From: Vulcanimicrobiota bacterium
GTDB lineage: Bacteria > Vulcanimicrobiota > Vulcanimicrobiia > Vulcanimicrobiales > Vulcanimicrobiaceae
Assembly (NCBI GenBank): GCA_963792005.1
Contig: CAWBUG010000002.1
Coordinates: 471,179-535,178, forward strand
DNA: 64,000 bases
Direction: 5' to 3'
In this document: piece after piece, positions 35,614 to 42,524 of the stretch
Position numbering within the stretch: position 1 is the stretch's first letter
Layout of the letters: every line of letters starts with the position of its first letter
Made by a program: the position numbers and the translations under genes
Notes under the pieces: model-generated
What the model was told of the DNA's origin: nothing
What the model saw: only the letters and a program-made list of their open reading frames with translations
Databases searched by the model: none

Positions 35614-35919
35614 CTATGCGCCTTTGTCGCGGGCTAAGTCCTTGATGCGCTGCAAGGCTTTTTTTAGCACCAGGTTTTCGGCGGCCATCTGGCCGAGCTG
35701 GCGTTCCAACTCACCGACCTTGGCATTGTCGGTGTAGGCTTTGCCACGGCCGGCGAACGCATCCTTTTGATACGTCTTGAAGTCGCGCACCCATTTGCGC
35801 ACGACCTCGGGGTGCAGATCGTTGGCTTTGGCGACCTGACTGGCGACGGCACCTTTCAAGATGGACTCGACGATCTGCATCTTGAACTCGCGGCTGAAGC
35901 GGCGGTAGGATCGCGGCAT
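35614..35919 (-). CDS. IS3-family transposase OrfA (HTH)
   Basis: 101 aa. RRFSREFKMQIVESI...LERQLGQMAAENLVLKKAL. Confidence 0.85.
   Translation of the reverse strand: MPRSYRRFSREFKMQIVESILKGAVASQVAKANDLHPEVVRKWVRDFKTYQKDAFAGRGKAYTDNAKVGELERQLGQMAAENLVLKKALQRIKDLARDKGA
35658..35665 (-). promoter_or_regulatory. programmed -1 ribosomal frameshift slippery site (A AAA AAA G)
   Basis: A run of 7 T on the plus strand, which is A7 followed by G on the coding strand, within the orfA codons CTA AAA AAA GCC. orfB is in the -1 frame. Confidence 0.7.
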
Positions 35920-35981
35920 GACTTCCCTCCAAGTGGGGCAGGCAAGCCATTCTTTCTGTGTCAGCCACGGGGAGCACTACA

Positions 35982-36372
35982 TATCGTCGGCTGGGCGACG
36001 AGCTCGAACATGAAAACGCAGTTGGTCCTCGACGCGCTCAATATGGCAATCCATCGGCGCCGGCCAATCGACGTCGTTCACCACTCAGACCAAGGAACGC
36101 AGTATACGTCAATCGCGTTCGGCTCACGCTGCCGAGAAGCTGACATTCGCCCGTCAATGGGATCCGTTGGGGATTGTTACGATAACGCGATGTGCGAGAG
36201 CTTCAACGCCACGCTGGAGTGCGAGCTACTCGCCCGGCGCCGGTTTCGCACACATAAGGAGGCAGAGCTGGCGATCTTCGACTTCATTGAAGGATGGTAC
36301 AACCTTCACCGCCGGCATTCCGCACTCGGCTACCGATCGCCGGCAGTCTTCGAGCGGGAAACCGCCGCATGA
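35982..36372 (+). pseudogene. IS3-family transposase orfB, 3' fragment (outer, disrupted element)
   Basis: IVGWATSSNMKT...VHHSDQGTQYTS...GDCYDNAMCESF...RRHSALGYRSP. Joining it to 34452-34693 through the TAT duplication restores ...SRRIVGWA... Confidence 0.75.
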
Positions 36373-36536
36373 CTTTCCAATCTCAAACTATCCACGAAAG
36401 CCGGGCAACTTCAGGGCGAGCTGGTGGCATTACCAATCGTGATATAATAATACGAGCCGAGGCATGCAGCACCTGAGATTCGGACGCTCTGCGCGACATT
36501 GACCCAAATTCCGTAACTGTTGAGCGCGGCCCCTGT

Positions 36537-36926
36537 TTGAAAGTTATTCCCAGCGTACGCGCAGACGAAGTTCTATCGCTATTCGGCGAATCAGAGAGAT
36601 GGCAAGCAATTGAATCTCAATTTCGGCGAACTGACGTGGGAGGCCGCCGGCGCGATCATAGCGCCGAACAAGGACCTGATCGTCGCCCGAACGGTGCCGG
36701 AGCGTTGCTCTTTTTTGCGCCTCGCAACGGCAATCCGAAGCGCACGCTCCAGGACGCCGGCATGCCGCGTATGCTCGCTGCCGACTTCAGTCATAACCGT
36801 CTCTTCGTCGCCGATCAGGGGGCTCGCCACATCGCCGTTCTTGCATATCCCAATGGCAAGCAGCTCGGCACGTTCTCCGGCGGACTTCGCTCGGTCTACG
36901 GAGTCGCGTTCGACGCAAAACCCTAA
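36537..36926 (+). pseudogene. frameshifted, 5'-truncated beta-propeller family gene fragment
   Basis: Only the C-terminal ~70 aa (RLFVADQGARHIAVLAYPNGKQLGTFSG...GVAFD) look propeller-like. Propeller-like sequence continues upstream in another frame (36610 frame), with the switch near the T-run at ~36705. Abuts the IS remnant. Confidence 0.5.
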
Positions 36927-37369
36927 TCGGCAGCATTTTCGGTAACCGCTTGGCGTCGCCGACTATGTGCATGGCTCGGCCTGTCCGGCTCCCATGTGCG
37001 GAACGAATCACTGCGGAGTCTGCGACGCTCTACTGGCTCGCACCGGAACTGTTTGGCTAGACTGAAACGAATCCGGTAATGAACTGGTGCTGGCATTCAC
37101 TCCCTTCGAAGGGCCGCCCCTTCGATTTCACCTGAGCGCGGCGGTGATCGCGCATTTCATTCGGCAAACGATTTTTTCACCGGACGAGGGCTAGGTGCGC
37201 CCCTCGCAGCAGCCTCGGCCGCAGATTGGGCGTCGGCACGTCCGTTTGCGGTTCGGCGGATTGGGGAGGTCGGGCATGCTTGTCGCCTGGCGCGGCGGCA
37301 GGCCTTGCTTAAAGCCCAGTCTTGCACAGGAAGCCTCTCGGCGCGGTCTTAGCCGTCGAGTAGCGTCGT

Positions 37370-37657
37370 CTATTCTTCGAGGGTGAAGATTTGGTCGAAC
37401 GCCACAATTTCAAAGATGTGGCGGATGGCCTTCGATGCGCCGGCGAGGGCGATGCGGCGATCCTCCCGGTTAACACGGAGCTTGGCTAACTCGGCCAGGA
37501 TGGTCGAGTCCAGGAACGTTACCCGTGAAAAGTCGATCACTAGGGGACCGTCGCCATCGAGGGCACGAAACAGCCGCTTGATCTCGTCCTTGCGAGTGAG
37601 GTCGTATTCCCCTTCGAGCTCGATGCGCGTGGGGGTGTGCGAATCGTTCTTCGACAC
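37370..37657 (-). CDS. STAS-domain protein (second, orphan copy)
   Basis: 95 aa. VIDFSRVTFLDSTILAELAKL. GGAGGG RBS. GTG start. Confidence 0.7.
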   Translation of the reverse strand: MSKNDSHTPTRIELEGEYDLTRKDEIKRLFRALDGDGPLVIDFSRVTFLDSTILAELAKLRVNREDRRIALAGASKAIRHIFEIVAFDQIFTLEE

Positions 37658-38135
37658 GCTAGCCCTCCAACTACCAAGCAGCGAACGAGATGATCACAAT
37701 CGTACTCTCAACCGCACGTCGGGTTAGCACTCCGCGCGTGCCGAGGGCGACCGGCAGCTTGGCGCAGTAGGACGGCATGTGGACGATTTGCTGGCGCATA
37801 TCGCGCCCTCGTCGTTATTACCGATTTTTGGGAGCCGGTTGCCGCAGCCGCATCTGTGCCTTCCATTGGCCGGCGCCGTTGGTCGGGATTCGAGGGCCGA
37901 ACAGCTTTCACGACGGCTTCCCAATCATTTGATATGAATACGATTCCAAATGAATCGCGTCTGGCGACGGATCAAAGAGATCGGCGATGGCCATGCTGAG
38001 CGCCGGGAGAGACTTAGCGAGCAAGAGGCCCGGGAGCTGGTCCTCAGGATTTGTCGCGAGGTACCGGTGGATCCGCCGAAGGCATGACCTCCTCGGCTAC
38101 ATGGCCTACGCCCTAGCGCGGCGGACCTGGTAGAC

Positions 38136-38167
38136 AAAAAGGGGATCGGCTTCCCTTCCCGATCCCC
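38136..38167 (-). terminator. intrinsic terminator-like hairpin (minus strand)
   Basis: 9-bp stem GGGGATCGG/CCGATCCCC with a 9-nt loop, followed on the minus strand by TTTTT. Confidence 0.5.
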
Positions 38168-38933
38168 TCCGTGCCTCTTAAGGAAGCGCTTTGGCTAGGT
38201 GTGCTCATTATAGCAAAAGCCGCTCGGCTTGAGCCTCCTCTTCGGACAAAAGGCGCACACCCGGAAGCTCGTGGTCCGTCGCTATTCGTCCGCAGACCGC
38301 GCAATCCCGAGGTTCTCTGTTAAGCTTTGCTAGGACCGCGAACCTCAGACAAGTTCGCGGGCTCAAAATATCCACTTGGGGGATCCCTTCTAAGAAAAAG
38401 GGGGAGCAGATTCCCCAGATCCGCCTTTATGATTGCGTTGGCTTCCTGCCCATAGTATAGCGTGGCGCGAGCCTTTTTGTGCGGCCCTGGGGCTTATGTG
38501 CAAAGCTCTACGGTTCCGGCAATGCCTGGTCGGCGGAGAACCGCAGCACTGCCGCCGAGCACCAACGCTCGGGACTTCTGCCGGAGCTCCCGGCCAGCCG
38601 CTTGAGCAATCCAAGCCTCGCCATGCCCTTCTGCTAAATGTGACACCGGATTTCTCGTATTTCACGTCCGAGCGAGCCGAAAGGCATCAGGGCAGGGTGA
38701 CACAATTTTTTCACCAATCGTGGACCGGTTGCTCGCTCTTAGCCGCCGCTACGGATTACCCGTAGCGCACCCTTGGGCTCGACGCGGGCGGATTGGCGAC
38801 GTCGAGGTCTGTGAGCGCCGTCGGGTGGTGCAGCAGGCAACTCCGACCGTGCTTCGCTCATTACCCTATCCCGCTGAAGCGGGAGATACGGGTGCAGATG
38901 ACTTGGTAAGTTTTGTGCGAACGGCCATCTTAG

Positions 38934-39197
38934 ATGTCTGGCGAACGCATGCAGTTCGAGACGCGGCAGGAAATCCTAGATGCTCTCTTCATGGCTCGCG
39001 CAGCCCAAGAAGCTGCATGGGAAGCGTGGTTTGCGGTTCGCGATTGTCGCTCAGGTCAGTTCGAGGCTTCGCGCGCGGCATACACTGAAGTGAACGCGGA
39101 AGTAAATCGGCTCATTGCGATTGACAATGCCTTCATCGCGACTAGCGTGAGGTCCGGGAAATCGAATGGCCTCGCTTCTTCGGTAACCGCAAGATAG
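38934..39197 (+). CDS. hypothetical small helical protein
   Basis: 87 aa ORF in an otherwise ORF-poor stretch. No family recognised. Confidence 0.25.
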   Translation: MSGERMQFETRQEILDALFMARAAQEAAWEAWFAVRDCRSGQFEASRAAYTEVNAEVNRLIAIDNAFIATSVRSGKSNGLASSVTAR

Positions 39198-39339
39198 GTT
39201 TGCCAGAGTGCGATTTTTAGCGTCGATAGGACGCCACTGAAGATCAGACCGCGATGTCCGGCAACCTCGCCACCAGCGCCTCGCTGACGAGCGCGTAGCC
39301 GGTGCGCGTCTGCGTCCTGCAGTTGGGCGCTGAGTCTTC

Positions 39340-39783
39340 CTATTGCGACCGATCAGAGGCTCGGCCCTGGCGGTATCTCCCAAGGAAAGCCTCGGGCAGA
39401 CAACACAAGACGATTGCGCCGATAATAACCGTTAGACTGATCAGATTCCAACCGTGCTTGCCCAGCGGTGCCACGCCGAGACCGTAGAAGAGCGAAACGA
39501 CCGCCATGATCAAGAAAAATGGCCCCGTGGCATAGCAATGCACCCTGCCGCAACGGATCGCATTAACGACACAGGCGACGCCCATCGCCGTTAGAGCGAC
39601 GACCCAGACCACGGTTCGCCAAGCCTGACTGATGTCGAGAAATCCGCTTGTAATCAGGACGACAGCCGGAAACCAAAACACCGCGCCGGCCACCATCCGA
39701 TCGGAAAGAATGTCACGGGACTCGGAGGTCTTTGCGTTAGTTCTCGTCGTTGGATCCTGGCATTCTCGGTTCCGCCTTGGCAT
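39340..39783 (-). CDS. hypothetical integral membrane protein (about 4 TM)
   Basis: Hydrophobic segments AVFWFPAVVLITSGF, VVWVVALTAMGVACVV, GPFFLIMAVVSLFYGL and LISLTVIIGAIVLCCL. The start is uncertain (39783 or 39696). Confidence 0.55.
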   Translation of the reverse strand: MPRRNRECQDPTTRTNAKTSESRDILSDRMVAGAVFWFPAVVLITSGFLDISQAWRTVVWVVALTAMGVACVVNAIRCGRVHCYATGPFFLIMAVVSLFYGLGVAPLGKHGWNLISLTVIIGAIVLCCLPEAFLGRYRQGRASDRSQ

Positions 39784-39803
39784 TAGCGCGTCTGGCAACG
39801 CGC

Positions 39804-40196
39804 CTAGGTGCGTGCGAGCTCGCTCGGCGTCGCGGCGTCGACGACCTGCCAAAGATACATCTGGTTGCCGTCGGGGTCTTCGAGTCGTGCGAACTTACCA
39901 GCATCGTCTTCGACGATCGCACCGGTGAACCGCACACCCCTTTCATTCAGACGCGCGACGACGGTTTCGATTGGTTCGTCGATCTCGAGTCCGAGCGTCA
40001 TCGCCCCCTTTGTTCCCGGGGCTGGGTACTTTGGCGATGCTGGGTGCAGGCCGATTGTAAGGCCTTTGCTCGCGTCTACCGTCGCCCACGCATCGCCGAA
40101 ACGGTTCGTGAGCCGCAGCCCCAGCACGTCCGTATAGAACCTCACCGCTTCGTCCATATTCGAAACGAAGATCGTCGCATTTCCGCCTGAAATCAT
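39804..40196 (-). CDS. VOC / glyoxalase family protein
   Basis: 130 aa. GAAGGAGAG RBS. VRFYTDVLGLRL...ARLEDPDGNQMYLWQ. Confidence 0.8.
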   Translation of the reverse strand: MISGGNATIFVSNMDEAVRFYTDVLGLRLTNRFGDAWATVDASKGLTIGLHPASPKYPAPGTKGAMTLGLEIDEPIETVVARLNERGVRFTGAIVEDDAGKFARLEDPDGNQMYLWQVVDAATPSELART

Positions 40197-40247
40197 CTTT
40201 ACTCTCCTTCAGTAGACTGGAATCATGATGCGCCAAAGGATATAGAA

Positions 40248-40655
40248 TTGGAAGAGCCAAGAGGCAGAACCACTTTGAACCGCCGTCGCGACTTTATTGT
40301 TCCGGACCTCGCGCTCGACCGAGGGTCCCCGGAACCACTGCGGCAGGTTGCTCGTCAGATCGGCGATGCCATCCGAGCGGGAGAACTTGCCCCTGAGGCT
40401 CGCCTTCCTTCGACGCGGTCGCTGGCGCAGCTATTGCAGGGCTCTCGCAACACTGCTGTTGCTGCCTACGATGATCTGATCGCTGTAGGTCTGATTCGCT
40501 CGGCAACCGGCGCCTGCGTGCGCGTCAATGCGTGTGTTCCGCTCTCAGGCGTGTCACCAGCGGGGATGCGCCGCCTAATGGATGACGCGCATTTTCCCGA
40601 GAAGGTCGTCCTGATCCAAGACGCCGACGCCAATCCGCTCTACCTCAGATATTAG
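40248..40655 (+). pseudogene. truncated GntR/MocR-type regulator (winged-HTH only)
   Basis: LPSTRSLAQLLQGSRNTAVAAYDDLIAVGLI is the GntR wHTH. No effector or aminotransferase domain follows. About 400 bp of non-coding sequence lies downstream. Confidence 0.5.
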
Positions 40656-41061
40656 CTCCGAGCCGCACGGGATCCCCGCGCAATGGCTGCACCTTGAAAG
40701 GCACGTGCCTTACTCCGATATGATCGTCTTTCCGAAAACCTGAAAGCCAACGAATGGCCGATTGAACCCCGCTTTTCGGCTTGCGTCGTCCTTTTAGCAA
40801 AACGAAGCACTTGTTCCGTTTGCTGGAGCGACGCTCTTCGCCCTGTTTCGCTCTTTCCGTCGAGCGGTCTGCCAATCGGGTCGGGCATTGTCGGCGGACC
40901 TTTATCTCGAGGGCGGAATCCGCCGTTTAAGTCAGGACGATGATGTTCGGATACACCGATGCGTAGACCGGCGAGGAAACCACCGCGGCGATGGAACTAG
41001 TTCGCCTAGCCTTTCTGCGCCCCGTTTATACCTATATACCGCGCCGAGACTACGCTTCACT

Positions 41062-41304
41062 TCACCGCTGGCCTTTTGCTTTCTCCCGAAGGCGGATCGC
41101 GAAGCGCTTCCGGCGGCTTCGAGCTCCGGCGATGAGCTCGACGGCGCTCCGCGGAACGCCGTAGGCGACCGCGAGCGCACGAATGCACGCGCCATTCGCC
41201 GCACCATCGATCGCACGTTCGCGGACGCGCAGGACGAGCGCCCCGCTCCCTTCCGAGAGTCCCGGTTGCCTCGATCCAGGCTTGACGATAATGTCGAGTA
41301 TCAT
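41062..41304 (-). CDS. DUF167 (YggU) family protein, second copy
   Basis: 80 aa. LRVRERAIDGAANGACIRALAVAYGV...RSRRKRFAI, very similar to 15058-15297. Confidence 0.65.
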   Translation of the reverse strand: MILDIIVKPGSRQPGLSEGSGALVLRVRERAIDGAANGACIRALAVAYGVPRSAVELIAGARSRRKRFAIRLREKAKGQR

Positions 41305-41975
41305 TTGTGGGCCGCGAGTTCGCTACGCTAGCGATACCGGACGGGTCTTGCAGTAACCACTCAGCCTTCTCGACTTCTTCGATCAACCCGCACCTCCCCG
41401 CAGCCCCACCCGAGCATGCCACGATTCGCCATCGAGGACGTCAACGATGCTCGAGCACTCGTTGCGACGACGGCGGACCTCGTCGATGAGTCGCTCGACT
41501 TGCTTTAGGAATTGTTACCAAGTTTCCGATTTGGTAACGGATGACGTACCCGCTGACCCTTGAGCCGCCTGACGAGCATGCCGCGCGCGATCTCACTGAC
41601 GTGCGCGAACGGCGGTGAGCGGCGCTTCAAGAACCGCCGGGATGCCTTCGGCTCAAACTGACCCGCTACATGTCCCGGCCAAAAACCGCCCATTCCGAAC
41701 TTTTGTGATACGATGATCGTGTATCGGTTGCGCTACATCCTCCCGTTGGGGACCAATATACGCAGCCCGCACATTCCAAGTCGCTTCACGAGCCACAACG
41801 GCAGCCGTTTTGTTCGTCTTCAGCGGCTGTCGCTGTGTGTGTCGGTTTTCGGGGCCGACCCCCAGGGGTCGAGGATATGTGCTATCATGGAGATGGATTA
41901 CACGGGGTAAACCCGTAGGCTCGTTTCGATGCGAGCGGCCCTGAACGGGGTTAACGCTCCTTCCAGAGTCTCCCA

Positions 41976-42011
41976 AATAAAAAGCCACGTCTAAATACGC
42001 GGCTTTTTTTG
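41976..42011. terminator. bidirectional intrinsic terminator
   Basis: AAATAAAAA-AGCCACG-tctaaata-CGCGGCT-TTTTTT, with one mismatch in a 7-bp stem. Sits directly downstream of the minus-strand gene 42045-42230. Confidence 0.6.
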
Positions 42012-42044
42012 ATTTCACGCCCCGTCACGCGCGCCTGCCATGGA

Positions 42045-42230
42045 TTATCTTCCTGGGCCGTTTCGGGCATCGCAGTCCCGGCAGAGGTGGTAGCCGTTAG
42101 TGCCGGGCCGGTCCTCACCGGCCTCCTTTATACGGCAGCCCACCGGGCAGGAGCTGTTGTTGTGATAGACGCGCTCCTCAACCGATCTGTATGCCTCATT
42201 AACGGAGTAGAAATCCGAGGTTCTTGGCAA
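42045..42230 (-). CDS. small conserved Cys protein (YHxNxxCPxG...CxxC type)
   Basis: 61 aa. VYHNNSSCPVGCRIKE...GTNGYHLCRDCDA. GGGAGGG RBS, TTG start, followed by a terminator. Confidence 0.6.
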   Translation of the reverse strand: MPRTSDFYSVNEAYRSVEERVYHNNSSCPVGCRIKEAGEDRPGTNGYHLCRDCDARNGPGR

Positions 42231-42272
42231 GGAGCAATCCCTCCCTGGGTTACGTTGCGCGTAAGGGTGACG

Positions 42273-42419
42273 TTATTCATCGGGGACCCCGCCTGGTGAC
42301 CTAATAGCGCCTTCATGGCGGAGAGCAGCGGGGCATTCGCAATGATCTTCGCAACGGCCGCAAATGTAATCCCCTTGCTTTTCTCCGCTGCACCCGCAGC
42401 CCCAAAAGGGCTCGCTCAT
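42273..42419 (-). CDS. hypothetical 48-aa Cys-rich peptide
   Basis: MSEPFWGCGCSGEKQGDYICGRCEDHCECPAAL... has 6 Cys within 22 residues. TATAAT ends 6 nt upstream of the ATG, which suggests a possible leaderless mRNA. GC3 is only moderate. Confidence 0.35.
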   Translation of the reverse strand: MSEPFWGCGCSGEKQGDYICGRCEDHCECPAALRHEGAIRSPGGVPDE

Positions 42420-42524
42420 AACGCGATTATACTTAACGATACAGCTCGTATGGCTGGCGCTTTTCGCGGCCCTCTCGTCACTAGTCTGGCGCTCCGCCTC
42501 GAATCGCGTCATAATCTAAGGCGG

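Larger units (their letters stand above)
34694..35981 (-). mobile_element. complete IS3-family insertion sequence (1288 bp)
   Basis: 14-bp terminal inverted repeats TGTAGTGCTCCCCG (34694-34707) and CGGGGAGCACTACA (35968-35981). 3-bp TAT target duplication (34691-34693 and 35982-35984). orfA and orfB present. Confidence 0.85.

Noticed and set aside
27453-36413. A second tRNA-targeted island using tRNA-Ile(GAU)
   Set aside because: The prophage remnant lies on the 5' side of the tRNA and uses a serine recombinase. I found no copy of the tRNA-Ile 3' end elsewhere in the window, so there is no evidence for tRNA-Ile as an att site.
37925-38765. Short ORFs in the ORF-poor interval (37925-38137, 38113-38304, 38390-38665, 38433-38765)
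   Set aside because: They are Arg/Ser/Cys-rich, mutually overlapping and lack RBSs or motifs. They are treated as non-coding pending transcript or homology evidence.
41700-41975. Possible structured ncRNA or riboswitch upstream of the 41976-42011 terminator
   Set aside because: Several imperfect hairpins are visible. However, I could not match any known RNA family from memory. The terminator is fully explained by the minus-strand gene 42045-42230. This needs an Infernal scan before any claim.
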